The position numbers were made by a program, and so were the translations under genes. Below are positions 37,536 to 48,311 of a DNA stretch of 64,000 nt, one piece after another; within the stretch, counting starts at the first letter, position 1, and every line of letters starts with the position of its first letter. Source of the DNA: a virus; IMG/VR virus record IMGVR_UViG_3300042991_000780, positions 31,173 to 95,172 of that record; one strand, written 5' to 3'. A model generated the notes under the pieces. The model saw only the letters and a list, made by a program, of their open reading frames with translations. It did not search any database and was not told the origin of the DNA.

Positions 37536-40500
37536 TTATATTAATTTAAACATTGAATTCATTGCACTCATTATATTATTTCCAACCATTGTACCATATT
37601 TTTTAGTCATTTCTTTCTGTTTTGACTGTAGTACACCTTTCATATAACTTTCCTGATTATCAGCAACTCTTGATGGTAAAGCATAAATATCATCACTGCT
37701 AAATGTTGAATTGGCATAATAATTAAATGATACTGCATTTTGAAGTGCATCGATAGGTCCTTTCAACGACTGACCACCCATTATCTTAACATTTAGTGTT
37801 ATTTTTGCCATCATTGGTTGCATACCAAAACCTTCAGGGTTCATATCCCAAGTTGTATCGTTATAATCAATATTAAGTGATTCAATAATAATTTTCGTAT
37901 AGAAAAAGTCACCGATCCTTAATATACAAATTGGCTGGCGACCAAAAACAGAGTTTCTGGCTCTCATATCACCATTATCATTAGGAACACTGAATCTTTT
38001 TGCAGAACCCTGTCTTAAACATTGTTGCAAGAACGTTAATCTGCGATGAAAATCTTCAGGTGTTTGTGTGTGAAATATCGGGTAAAAGTAATCGCCATTA
38101 ACTGATTTAAAATCACTCAATATTCCTGTATCTTTTCCGCCAGCAGTTGTCATTGCTGCTGTTCTTTCGTTATACAAATTATTTGATGCCTGACGTTTTA
38201 ATAAAGATAATTTTGTTAATAATGCATCTTTTTCTTCTCCCTTTATTTTAATTGTTTCTTTTTCTTCCGCAGTTAAAACTTTTTCTTTTGCTTTTGGAAC
38301 ATTACTATTTCTTTGGAAATGAATAATAGCGTATCTCTCATTTTTAGTTGTTGCAGATGGAATTGCTGCTGCAGTTCCATTTTTTGGATCAGCAAAATAA
38401 TCACCTTCAGTACCATTACCATATCTACCACCATCAGTTCTGACAGTAATGCCTAATGTTTTAACATCTTGTTGGAAAATCGCTTTTAATCTTGCTTCAA
38501 CCAACGCTTTTGCTGCTTCGGCTCTTCTTTTTCCAAGTTTTTCATTATATGCAGAACCCTTTTCAGTATCTGTTGTAATTTTTTCTGTATATAATTTAGA
38601 TGCAGCACCGTGAATCACAACATCCCAAAGATATCTTGCGTCTTCATTACCATAAAAATCTTTAAGGACTTTATTTAAAAAACAGTCTTGTCCAAACTGG
38701 TCAACAATTCCGGGTTGATTATATTGTGTTGGTGCTGATTCTGGTATTAAAATATATTCATCAGTACCTGCGACCTGTGTTAAACCACTAATATAATAAA
38801 TATTTTGGTTTAAACCGTCATAACCACCACCCATTGATTCAACTTTCTTTGTTATTTCATAATGCATTTCCTTATACATTATATCAAAAATAGTGTTAGG
38901 ATTACTATATTTTGGATCAGTCTTAGGATTATTTGGATCAGTCGGATAATCATTAGGAAATACCATTTTTATATCTGAAGGTGGTTTAATTTCTGGTTCA
39001 GCAGGTTTTCCGGGAGTTTTGATTATTTCAATCTCATCATCTAATGGCGGTATTTTGCTTTCAATTTCTTCAATAAGTACCGGAACTGGAATAGGATCAC
39101 CACCAAATTGAAAAAATTCTGCAATATCTTTATGTGGTGTTTTACTATTCCTATAATTTCTTAATTGTGGTGGATAATCAACAAGCAAAGTAAATGAAAT
39201 TGTTCCACTTCTTTCTGAGTTCTGGTAGTTATACATTGGTTCGTTTCTACCAACCATAACTGTTGATTCAAATTTAGCACTTGATGTTTCAACAATCTCA
39301 ATATTATATGGTGGAAACCACATTATGCGACCATTAAACGGACCAACCTCACTCAATGGAAGTGGTGAACCGTATTCATCATCCATAATCCCATAATCAC
39401 CTTTGCTTATAACACCAACAGCAAGATTTTCAATCGAAAACATTAAATTTTTATTATCAATTTTACCCCCTTCATCCATTGTTGGATGTATTCTTGGCAT
39501 TACTGTTTTATAAATAACAGAATTTGGATTGCCACCATAAACATAGTTACCATTAAACCTAATTGCTTTCGTAAACCTGTCATATTGGTCAACCACTGAA
39601 TGTTGACGAATACCTTGCTTCCATGCTGTTCCACTTCTTAATGCATATGTGCTTCCGTTTGCTCTCCATAATCCCGATCCATTAAAACCAACAAGTTTAT
39701 CGCCCATTTTAAATGCTTTTCTTGTTATATCAACTGCTGTTCCTTCCGTAGCATTTAATAAGTTTCTTGTATATTCCAACAATCCGGTTCTTATGTTGAA
39801 ACTATCAATAGATTCCTGACTTGCGAGATTATTTATTTCTTCTTCAGTGTCACCATGAAGTTGTGCTAATTCCTTATTTGCAACAGGTAATACACCATCT
39901 CTACCCCAGACTAATTTATTTCTAATATTATCATTACTGAATTCAGTTTCAGGATCAATCCATTCGTTATTTGAACCTTTTATTCCAGCAGTATAAACAG
40001 GTGATTTATTTGATCTACCAAAATTTTCTCTAATATAATCGCCACTTGGTGCATATCCCTGAATATCATTTGGTAAAAATTTTCTTGAATCAATCATTTC
40101 ATTATTTGCATCAATAACTGCTGCAAATCTTGGGTGATAATTGATATACGGATAAAGACTGTCAACATCAAAATTGAAATATCTTTTTATACCATAATTA
40201 ATTATTGTGCTTTGTGGTTTTACTGATTTATCAGCAATGTCACCATATTGGATAAAAACTCTTTCGTTTGATTTATAAACGTTTTGATTTATTGATTGAT
40301 ATAAAAATGATAATTGACCAACGCCAGTGTTTCTAATATACTCAGCATTATCAGCATCTTTATTAAATGGATAATCTTTTGATACGTTTTTATACCATAT
40401 TTTATCAATAAAGTTTTCAAATGTCGTATCATCCTCATTTCTGGTAATATGCAAATCAATTTTATTTGTAAAAACTTTAGTGTCTTTATTACCATCGAAT

Positions 40501-40847
40501 AAGTTTGAAAGTTTTATAACCGGAAATGTTTGTTGGGCAAGATGTGATGCTGCATTATATGCAAATTGCTTACCCAACATAATCAATCCAATTTCAGTAA
40601 GTGGTGTGGGATAAGTTATTAATCTACCAAAAACAGTGTTTTTTAAATTAAATGATTTAAATGGAGCAATAATACCGATAATACTATTAACAGAATTTAC
40701 GATTTGATTAACCGTAGCAGTGTTCTCAATATTATATTCATTCTCAATATTATATAAATTACGTGGTACAAGTTTATCTCTAAATTCCTGAGAATTCGTT
40801 AATAATCTTGATCTGGTCATACCAGCAGTAAGTGTTCCTAATGCCAT
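37536..40847 (-). CDS. Large baseplate/tail-tube-initiator-like protein with an internal OmpA-like domain
   Basis: GRNEPMYNYQNSERSGTISF and PICILRIGDF...IESL...WD motifs. Internal GAAS...YNEKLGKRRAEA. Confidence 0.55.
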   Translation of the reverse strand: MALGTLTAGMTRSRLLTNSQEFRDKLVPRNLYNIENEYNIENTATVNQIVNSVNSIIGIIAPFKSFNLKNTVFGRLITYPTPLTEIGLIMLGKQFAYNAASHLAQQTFPVIKLSNLFDGNKDTKVFTNKIDLHITRNEDDTTFENFIDKIWYKNVSKDYPFNKDADNAEYIRNTGVGQLSFLYQSINQNVYKSNERVFIQYGDIADKSVKPQSTIINYGIKRYFNFDVDSLYPYINYHPRFAAVIDANNEMIDSRKFLPNDIQGYAPSGDYIRENFGRSNKSPVYTAGIKGSNNEWIDPETEFSNDNIRNKLVWGRDGVLPVANKELAQLHGDTEEEINNLASQESIDSFNIRTGLLEYTRNLLNATEGTAVDITRKAFKMGDKLVGFNGSGLWRANGSTYALRSGTAWKQGIRQHSVVDQYDRFTKAIRFNGNYVYGGNPNSVIYKTVMPRIHPTMDEGGKIDNKNLMFSIENLAVGVISKGDYGIMDDEYGSPLPLSEVGPFNGRIMWFPPYNIEIVETSSAKFESTVMVGRNEPMYNYQNSERSGTISFTLLVDYPPQLRNYRNSKTPHKDIAEFFQFGGDPIPVPVLIEEIESKIPPLDDEIEIIKTPGKPAEPEIKPPSDIKMVFPNDYPTDPNNPKTDPKYSNPNTIFDIMYKEMHYEITKKVESMGGGYDGLNQNIYYISGLTQVAGTDEYILIPESAPTQYNQPGIVDQFGQDCFLNKVLKDFYGNEDARYLWDVVIHGAASKLYTEKITTDTEKGSAYNEKLGKRRAEAAKALVEARLKAIFQQDVKTLGITVRTDGGRYGNGTEGDYFADPKNGTAAAIPSATTKNERYAIIHFQRNSNVPKAKEKVLTAEEKETIKIKGEEKDALLTKLSLLKRQASNNLYNERTAAMTTAGGKDTGILSDFKSVNGDYFYPIFHTQTPEDFHRRLTFLQQCLRQGSAKRFSVPNDNGDMRARNSVFGRQPICILRIGDFFYTKIIIESLNIDYNDTTWDMNPEGFGMQPMMAKITLNVKIMGGQSLKGPIDALQNAVSFNYYANSTFSSDDIYALPSRVADNQESYMKGVLQSKQKEMTKKYGTMVGNNIMSAMNSMFKLI

Positions 40848-40978
40848 TTAATATTATTTTTTATAAATACTTGCATAATAAATTTAAATGACATAATTTT
40901 ACCTTGCCGAAATCTGTGCCAACGCTTTGGGATAATAATAATATTATTTCTTACCCTGATTGGAGTGAACTTTATTTT

Positions 40979-41272
40979 TTAAGATTTTTCAACAAAAGTA
41001 ATTGGTTTATTTTCATTGAGAGCAAGAATTAACTTTTGGGCATTTTTAAAAGTTATTCTCTTATAAGGATTTCTTAAACCCGATTTGAGAATATATATTC
41101 CATAAGCATTTTCATATCCTTTTTCATCCAACAATCTATTGATTTGATCCAAGAGTTTTGACGTAACACCAGTATTTTTTGGATAATATCCAAGAACAAT
41201 TTGAATTCTTTTATTCATTTTTGGAAATTTAAAAAGTGTGCAAAACCCCAAACATTGTGCAATTTTGCACAT
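40979..41272 (-). CDS. Hypothetical protein
   Basis: Short basic ORF. The start may be MNKR. Confidence 0.4.
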   Translation of the reverse strand: MCKIAQCLGFCTLFKFPKMNKRIQIVLGYYPKNTGVTSKLLDQINRLLDEKGYENAYGIYILKSGLRNPYKRITFKNAQKLILALNENKPITFVEKS

Positions 41273-41470
41273 ACTCCCTGCCTATTAAAAATTAAAAAAT
41301 TTAAATAATTTTTTATTTGAATTTTTGGGTTGTAACTGTCAATTCTTTTTTTACACTTCATGTGGAAATAAAAGTTGCAGTGCAACATTAATGGTTTTCA
41401 GCGAGAAAAACAAGGATTTTTACAAAATTAGTTATTTTGTTGAAAGAATCAAAGCATTTTGTTGATAAAT

Positions 41471-43975
41471 TTATGAAACACCTTTGGTTTTAAAATCATA
41501 TTGTTTTTGAACAAATGCGGGTATTTTAACAACCTTTCTCATGAATTTATCACCGTCAATATTTAATGTTATATCACTTACCATTGCCAACTTCTTATCA
41601 GCAAACTCAACTTTTAATGGTTTTCTCATCATATTTGCAAGATCGGCTAAAGCACCACCACCCCTAACATTCATTTTTGAAATGCTTTCTATTGCTTCTT
41701 TTACTGCAATAAAATCTTCCTTACCACCTGATAATGATGTTTTTATTGATGCTAATGATGTACTTACTTTACTAATATTAAATGCACTTTTTCCAATTGC
41801 ATTTACAGCGATTGCCATTCCAATACCACCACCTAATGTTAATCCTGCAGTAGCCATTGCTGCAGCAATATCAACAATACCTTTAGCAACAATTGGCATA
41901 TCTTTACCAGCATCTTTACTTGCTGTTACAAGTTTAGCAAGTCCCATTCCCATAACACCAATACCTGCAGCAGCAATACCAACACCTGCACCCACTAATG
42001 CAATAGCACCACCAAATGCATATAAACCCGGTGCTGCTGCTGCTGCAGCCGTACTGAATATCATCATAACACCAGCAGCGACAGCACCAATTCCAACAAA
42101 TAAACCAATTGTATTAACAATACTTTTTAATACCTCTGCCTGATCTTTATCCAAACCACTCATTGCTTTTGCAAGTAAACTAATACCTGCAGCAGCAGCA
42201 CCAATACCAGCACCAACACCTAAAGCAGCAGCACCAACACCAGCACCAACACCAGCCATTGCTTTTCCACTAATTCCTTTTGCTGCACCACCTGTTGTTT
42301 CTGTAGCAGTAGTACTACCACGCATAAATGTACCGAACTTTGTTGTTGGTGCACCAGTCTGTTTTGCCATAACAGAACCAGTTTTAACCCAATTATCAGT
42401 TGCTTTATTTATTAAAAATGATGCTGTTTTCCATGCACCAGCAGCAACAACTAAAATTCCAAACGCTTTTGCCCAACCGCCAGAACCACTAACAAATTTA
42501 AGAAGTTTATCTACAAGTGGTTGTACTTTTATTAACAGACCATTTACTGCTTTTAAAATTGGTAAAAGTGATGCTTTTAATAAATTTATTGTTGCTTTAA
42601 ATGTTTCATCAAATGTCATTGCTTGTTTTGCCCTGTCTTTAAGCAATACCTGTTCTTTTGCAAATGAGTTTGCCTGTTCTTTTGTTAATGTGGCAATATC
42701 TCTCATTTGACCACCAAGTTGAACCTCAAATCTTCCGTTTTCCTTATTAAAGATTGCAGCACCCTCAAGAATTTCTTTTTCTTTTGTACTTAAACCCATA
42801 CCAGCCATTTGCTGACGCATTTTTTGAATATCTGCCTGTCTTTCAGCCATTTCGGTTAATGCACTGGCTTCCATACCTAAAGATTTTGCAACAGCAGCAA
42901 GCCTGTCACGGTCAGCCGGACTTATGAATTTTTCAAATGATCCATCTGCCATTTTTCTAAAGGTTACAACACCTTTAGTCATTTCGGTAATTTTCTCAGT
43001 AAATTTAGCAGGGTCATTACGAGAAAGGAATAACATTTCAAATGGATCAGTTTTAGCAAATTCACCACCCATTATTTGTAAGTTTGCTGCTAAGTCAATT
43101 GCACCTTCAAGTGTTCTTGAAACATCAGCAGCATTAAGTGCCTGACCTATATCAACCCTGAACTTTTCAGCATATGCTGCCATTTGTGCAAAACCCTTAA
43201 CGCCTTGCTGGAATGTATATGTGTTTAATTTCTTGAAATTATCATTTACGCTTTTTAAAACTTTTGTTGTGTTTACACCCATTCTTTCGGTTGTATCAAC
43301 AACACCCTGAACATATTCGTTTGTTGTTCTTGCATCAAAACCCATTATTTCAAATTGAGCACCAAGTCTTGTTGCCTGTTCAATACCAAGTCCAGTACCT
43401 TTACCAATTTCGGTAATATCTTTAACCATTTCTGCTGATAAAACACGTGCCCTGCCAGTTTCTTCAGCATATCCGGTCATTATTCCCTGAACATCTTCAA
43501 TAGTACCGCCTAATCTTGTAACATAACCAAGTGATTGTTCAAATGATGCACGCATCATTTCGGCTTTTTGACCGGACATTCCAAGATTAAGAATAGTTTG
43601 ACGAATTACTTTATCTGATTGCTGTAAATAATCCCAACCCTGTTTTAAAAATCCAACCAATCCTCTTGCAGCATCAACTGCTTTTTGTCTCTTATCAACG
43701 GCTTTTTGTAACTGATTATTATATTCTTTTTCGGCTTCAACAATTCCTAATACTTCCTTTTTTTCTGCTTCAGTTAAATCTAATGTTTGTTGTACGAGTT
43801 CCAAACGAATTTGCTGCTGTTCATTAGACTGCAATAATAGATTATAATGAAGTTGTTCGATAAGTCTTCTCTTCTCATCAACATCAGAAGTTGCAATTAC
43901 TGAATTTCTTAAATCATCTTGCTCTTTTTTAAGAGCACGAATAAATTCTAATCTTTTATTATTATCTTCAGCCAT
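41471..43975 (-). CDS. Tape measure protein
   Basis: Long helical Ala/Gly-rich protein with hydrophobic segments, directly after the chaperone pair. Confidence 0.75.
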   Translation of the reverse strand: MAEDNNKRLEFIRALKKEQDDLRNSVIATSDVDEKRRLIEQLHYNLLLQSNEQQQIRLELVQQTLDLTEAEKKEVLGIVEAEKEYNNQLQKAVDKRQKAVDAARGLVGFLKQGWDYLQQSDKVIRQTILNLGMSGQKAEMMRASFEQSLGYVTRLGGTIEDVQGIMTGYAEETGRARVLSAEMVKDITEIGKGTGLGIEQATRLGAQFEIMGFDARTTNEYVQGVVDTTERMGVNTTKVLKSVNDNFKKLNTYTFQQGVKGFAQMAAYAEKFRVDIGQALNAADVSRTLEGAIDLAANLQIMGGEFAKTDPFEMLFLSRNDPAKFTEKITEMTKGVVTFRKMADGSFEKFISPADRDRLAAVAKSLGMEASALTEMAERQADIQKMRQQMAGMGLSTKEKEILEGAAIFNKENGRFEVQLGGQMRDIATLTKEQANSFAKEQVLLKDRAKQAMTFDETFKATINLLKASLLPILKAVNGLLIKVQPLVDKLLKFVSGSGGWAKAFGILVVAAGAWKTASFLINKATDNWVKTGSVMAKQTGAPTTKFGTFMRGSTTATETTGGAAKGISGKAMAGVGAGVGAAALGVGAGIGAAAAGISLLAKAMSGLDKDQAEVLKSIVNTIGLFVGIGAVAAGVMMIFSTAAAAAAPGLYAFGGAIALVGAGVGIAAAGIGVMGMGLAKLVTASKDAGKDMPIVAKGIVDIAAAMATAGLTLGGGIGMAIAVNAIGKSAFNISKVSTSLASIKTSLSGGKEDFIAVKEAIESISKMNVRGGGALADLANMMRKPLKVEFADKKLAMVSDITLNIDGDKFMRKVVKIPAFVQKQYDFKTKGVS

Positions 43976-44018
43976 GATTTAGGATTACATTTTATATAAA
44001 TACAAAAGACCAAGATTT

Positions 44019-44198
44019 TTATCGTCTTGGTCTTACATTACTTTTATTTCTTTCTTTTTCAATCATATTTTCGATTTCTTCATTCTCTTTTTGTAAAAGA
44101 TATAAAAAATGTCGTCTTTTATATACAGGTATATTTTCTACATAATCTGCCTGAAACTTAGCGTGTTTGGTTAAGACGTAGATTTCTTCATTAACCAT
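44019..44198 (-). CDS. Tail/baseplate assembly chaperone, second part (gpT/gp51-like), absent from the ORF track
   Basis: MVNEEIYVLTKHAKFQADYVENIPVYKRRHFLYLLQKENEE..., 59 aa. Open in the -1 frame back through the U9 run. Confidence 0.7.
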   Translation of the reverse strand: MVNEEIYVLTKHAKFQADYVENIPVYKRRHFLYLLQKENEEIENMIEKERNKSNVRPRR

Positions 44199-44215
44199 TT
44201 TTTTATAATCACCCG

Positions 44216-45136
44216 CTAAGTGCTTGGGAAAAAAAAATCTAAGCCGAGCGTTAAAAATGCCTCAAATTTATATCCGTCTTTGGTTGTAAATTCATATTTC
44301 ATATCAACATCAGGACTTACTGCCATAACTTTTCTGCGAATTGTAAGTGCATCTAATGCTGGCATAGCATCAATAAATTTATCAATATATGATCTGTCAG
44401 TCTTTTCATTAATAGCAATAACATGTGCTTTTAATTTTAATGTTGGATAATCACTTACGTCATTTCCATATGCTTCTTTTATTGCTTCTGCCTTTTTAAA
44501 TATTGTTGCATCTTCACCAGATGTTAAAAGTCTGAAGGTAACAATCTTCTTACGCATAGGTATTTCAACTCTAAAATGACCATTTTCATCCGGCATTTCA
44601 GTTAATTCCTTATATTTTAACTGAAGCAGATCAACTTTTGCCGGGAAGGTTATACCATTACGTGGATCAGTAACTTGTACTGAATAATCTGCACCATAAC
44701 TTGAAGTACGTAAGAAAAGAATAATTGCATTCCTGTCACCAGCCAATAATTCATCTGGTTTAATTCCCGGAGTTTTAATTTTTCTTTTTAACAACATGTT
44801 TAAAAGTTCACCGCTATCAATCAAAGATGGTGTTGTTATTAAATCCTCATCTTTTGATGTCATATATTCAACAGCAACTTCAGAAAGTTTGTGTGAATAA
44901 AAAACACCTTTTGATGGTAATTTAACAATTTCATATGAAGTCATTAAATCAGGATCAGTTTCCTTTGACATCATTTTCGAATAATCCTCTGGACTCATTA
45001 CTGGTGGTTTTGGAATTGATGTTGGGGTTGCCATTTGTTTTTCATCGGCAATAACATCCTTACCAGTTCCCTGCTTGTATTTTTTTAATACTTCAGAAAT
45101 TGATTCTTTTTGTGGTACATGACTTTCGTTTTCCAT
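44216..45136 (-). CDS. Baseplate hub / tail assembly chaperone (gp26/gpG-like)
   Basis: LPSKG.FY, MTSKDEDL, GDRNAI..FLR..SYG, ends DFFFP. Confidence 0.7.
   Translation of the reverse strand: MENESHVPQKESISEVLKKYKQGTGKDVIADEKQMATPTSIPKPPVMSPEDYSKMMSKETDPDLMTSYEIVKLPSKGVFYSHKLSEVAVEYMTSKDEDLITTPSLIDSGELLNMLLKRKIKTPGIKPDELLAGDRNAIILFLRTSSYGADYSVQVTDPRNGITFPAKVDLLQLKYKELTEMPDENGHFRVEIPMRKKIVTFRLLTSGEDATIFKKAEAIKEAYGNDVSDYPTLKLKAHVIAINEKTDRSYIDKFIDAMPALDALTIRRKVMAVSPDVDMKYEFTTKDGYKFEAFLTLGLDFFFPST
44228..44237 (-). other. Slippery site for a -1 programmed frameshift
   Basis: GAU UUU UUU UUC. The -1 frame continues PKHLAGDYKKMVNEE into 44198..44019. Confidence 0.65.
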
Positions 45137-45284
45137 TTTTATAAATTTTTATACTTTATTATTGTTTTTTGATAAATACTGTAAAAAAAATTTTGTACTA
45201 ATTCAAGATTTTTAATTTAAATACGTATTAGTATATGTAGTTAATTATAATTTTAATATACACAATTATCTAAAGTAAAGGTTT

Positions 45285-45566
45285 ATGGAAAAAAAATTAT
45301 TAGTCTTTTATGTTGGCGTTGCTGGTGTACGCTCAGAAGATATCGTAGATTTTATTAAGAAAATAACAGAAAGAATAACACCAGAAACATTTCAGGGTGA
45401 AATTATTATTATTCCAACACAATCAATGGAAACAAGAGTAGAGTGTATTGATCCAAAATACATAACAAAAAAAGAATTGATTGATCAGCATACTGAATTG
45501 ATGAAAAAATTACACGAAGAACTTCACTTTCAGTTGGAAGAAATAAAAAAAGAAAAAAATGCATAA
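45285..45566 (+). CDS. Hypothetical protein
   Basis: First ORF of a + strand operon. Confidence 0.55.
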   Translation: MEKKLLVFYVGVAGVRSEDIVDFIKKITERITPETFQGEIIIIPTQSMETRVECIDPKYITKKELIDQHTELMKKLHEELHFQLEEIKKEKNA

Positions 45567-46302
45567 GAAAATACGAGTAGGAATTGATATCAATGAAGTT
45601 CTGAGGGCAAGATGGCTTCAATTTGATAGATTTTACGTGCAAGAGTTCGGTGAAGAAGGTGTTCCAAAAGAACATCCATATGTTTATGATTTTTTTAAAC
45701 ACTATCAATGGAAAGATACTGTTGAAAAAATTAAAGAACTAAAAGAACCTGAAGATATGCCTGATAATATTAATCCGGTTCATTATCTGCCCGAAGAAAA
45801 AACAGGTGAAGTAGATGCTGATGCATTTATATTTAAAAAAGAAAAAGAAATTGAATTGACCGCCCGTGATGTGTATGATCGATTCATGTATGAAGATTTC
45901 GCATTTGAAATTTTCGGGTCAGCAACCATGATGTATAAAGGAATGGATTTACATCTTAAAAATTTCTTATATAAGTATTGGAATTATATTGATTTTACCA
46001 TAATGTCGGTTGAAAACATCTTTACGATTCCACCAACATTATTCTTTTTAAGTAAAATAACCAGCAGATTCAAGAAATATAAATTTGTTGAAGAATCACA
46101 CCAGATGTGGGATGATGTTGATATTCTAATCACATCCGATCCTGAACTTCTAAAAATTGGTACACCTTGGGGAAGAAAATTGATTAAGGTTAAACGTCCC
46201 TATAATGAAGATATAAAAGCAGGTTCATTAGAAATATTACAAATCAATGACCTGATTGACAATAAAGAATTTGAAAAAATAATTAAATATAAAAACAAAT
46301 AA
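45559..46302 (+). CDS. 5'(3')-deoxyribonucleotidase-like HAD protein
   Basis: VGIDINEVLR (DxN variant), DILI, RPYN. Confidence 0.55.
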   Translation: MHKKIRVGIDINEVLRARWLQFDRFYVQEFGEEGVPKEHPYVYDFFKHYQWKDTVEKIKELKEPEDMPDNINPVHYLPEEKTGEVDADAFIFKKEKEIELTARDVYDRFMYEDFAFEIFGSATMMYKGMDLHLKNFLYKYWNYIDFTIMSVENIFTIPPTLFFLSKITSRFKKYKFVEESHQMWDDVDILITSDPELLKIGTPWGRKLIKVKRPYNEDIKAGSLEILQINDLIDNKEFEKIIKYKNK

Positions 46303-46305
46303 AAA

Positions 46306-47454
46306 ATGAGTACAGTTAATTTAAGTGAAGAAGCACAAAAGGCTGAACAAGAAAAAATAGAAAAGATCAAAGCATCTTTGGAAAGACTAAATAGCAAAAA
46401 ATCAAAATTCATTTTCTGTGTACCGGAATCTCAAAATCCAGTAGCAAGCATATATGAAATATTTTTTCATGCAACAGTTGTGAAAAATATGGGATTTGAT
46501 GTTACAATAATGGTTGAAAAACCCGATTATACAGCACCAACATGGATTGAAAAAGAATTGGTAAACCACAAGTTTATGGCAATGTCCGATCCAAAACTAA
46601 CCGTAAGTATTGATGATGTAATGATAATACCAGAAATCTATTCAAACATTATGGAGCAAACAAAAAAATTACCATGTCTACGAATAGGATTACTTCAGTC
46701 CATTGATTATATGGTTAACTCATTAGTACCGGGAACGGATTGGTCATCATTTGGTATTCGTGACATCGTTACGACATCTGATGTACTTAAAGAAATGGTT
46801 GAGATGTATTATGGTAAGAAATTCAACATCAAGACTTACAATATCGGAATTCCTGAATATTTTGAGAAGTCAAAAGTACCGCAAAAACCAGTAATATCAA
46901 TCGTTGGCAGAAATCCAAACGAAATTTCAAAACTTGTTAAATTGTTTTTCAGTAAATATCCACAATATAGTTGGGTAACATTTGACCCAATGCTTACAAA
47001 GAGCAAACCACCACAAGCAATGAGAAGAATTGACTTCGCAAAAAGATTGCAAGGTAATTTTGCTGCAGTGTGGGTTGACAGAATTTCAAGTTTCGGAACA
47101 TTTCCACTTGAATGCATGAAATCAGGAGTAGTTCCAATTTGTTTAAAACCTGATGTTATGCCGGAATACTTACTTGAAAGAGATGAGAAGGGTGTTGCAG
47201 TGAAAACTGCCGATGGTGCTGGTTTATGGACAGATAGTTTTTATGATCTTCCAATGTTGATTGGTGAAGCACTTGTTAAATTCTTGGATGACAGCATTTC
47301 ACCTGAATTATATGAAGCAATGGAAAAGATTGCATCAAAATACAATCAGGCTGATTCTGAAAAAAGACTCACTGAAATCTATCAGGAATTTATTGATAGA
47401 AGAATTAAACTACTTGAGGAAGCACTTATTGTTCCAGCAGTTGAACAAAAATAA
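46306..47454 (+). CDS. GT-B fold glycosyltransferase-like protein
   Basis: IIPEI, SSFGTFPLECMKSG. Confidence 0.6.
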   Translation: MSTVNLSEEAQKAEQEKIEKIKASLERLNSKKSKFIFCVPESQNPVASIYEIFFHATVVKNMGFDVTIMVEKPDYTAPTWIEKELVNHKFMAMSDPKLTVSIDDVMIIPEIYSNIMEQTKKLPCLRIGLLQSIDYMVNSLVPGTDWSSFGIRDIVTTSDVLKEMVEMYYGKKFNIKTYNIGIPEYFEKSKVPQKPVISIVGRNPNEISKLVKLFFSKYPQYSWVTFDPMLTKSKPPQAMRRIDFAKRLQGNFAAVWVDRISSFGTFPLECMKSGVVPICLKPDVMPEYLLERDEKGVAVKTADGAGLWTDSFYDLPMLIGEALVKFLDDSISPELYEAMEKIASKYNQADSEKRLTEIYQEFIDRRIKLLEEALIVPAVEQK

Positions 47455-47479
47455 TTTTAAATTAAAAAAGTATAAAAAA

Positions 47480-48286
47480 ATGAATATATCAGTAATAATT
47501 CCAGTTCATGAATATAATGATGCATTATCTTCTTATTTAGATAAAGCGGTTGAATCAATTGCAAAACAAGAAGGTATAGAAGAACTACCAACAGTAGTTA
47601 TTGTAGCACCAGATGATGTTTTAAAAGTTTTAATACCTAAAATTTCAGCAGAAACACATCCAAACATTTCCTTCATAAAAAATGAAGGTAAAACAGACTA
47701 TCAATCACAAGTAAATCTTGCTGTTAAATCAATAACTACCGAATATTTCTCGGTACTTGAATTCGATGATGAATACAGTTTAACGTTTTTTAGAATTGTC
47801 GATAAATATATCAAGGCATATCCAGAAATCGATATTTTCTTAACAATGATGATCGAAGCCAATGATAAGAATGTTGGTATTAAGTTAACTAACGAATCAG
47901 TATGGGCACAACAGTTTGTGGGTGAGAATGGTGAGATAGGTTATTTAAACCTTAACATCATGAAACAATATACAGATTTTAAACTATCAGGTGCTGTAAT
48001 TAAGAAAGCGGAATTTGAAAATCTTGGTGGATATAAAGCAAATATTAAGTTGAGTTTCATGTATGAATTCATACTCAGAGCATTAAATAATGCATGCAAG
48101 ATATTTTCAATTCCAAAAATAGGATATAGACATTTAGCAATAAGAGAAGGAAGTTTATCGGACACCTTAGTTAAAGAGATGCCGATAAACGAAAGAAAAT
48201 TCTGGTTTGAAGTTGCACAGAGAGAATCAAATTTTACTGGTGACAGGGAAATTGATATGTCGCAACTCAAAGTTGAACAAAAATAA
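47480..48286 (+). CDS. Glycosyltransferase family 2
   Basis: MNISVIIPVH, YFSVLEFDD, LGGY. Start moved to the ATG at 47480. Confidence 0.7.
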   Translation: MNISVIIPVHEYNDALSSYLDKAVESIAKQEGIEELPTVVIVAPDDVLKVLIPKISAETHPNISFIKNEGKTDYQSQVNLAVKSITTEYFSVLEFDDEYSLTFFRIVDKYIKAYPEIDIFLTMMIEANDKNVGIKLTNESVWAQQFVGENGEIGYLNLNIMKQYTDFKLSGAVIKKAEFENLGGYKANIKLSFMYEFILRALNNACKIFSIPKIGYRHLAIREGSLSDTLVKEMPINERKFWFEVAQRESNFTGDREIDMSQLKVEQK

Positions 48287-48311
48287 CTTGAATTGTTGAT
48301 GTTATGCTTAG

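Noticed and set aside
41541-42143. 200-aa + strand ORF and the many other short antisense ORFs in the track
   Set aside because: They are shadows of well-supported genes on the opposite strand or in another frame.
47261-47479. N-terminal extension of the GT2 ORF in the track (similar extensions at 62893, 25699, 23351)
   Set aside because: They overlap neighbouring genes. Downstream starts match the domain boundaries and translational coupling.
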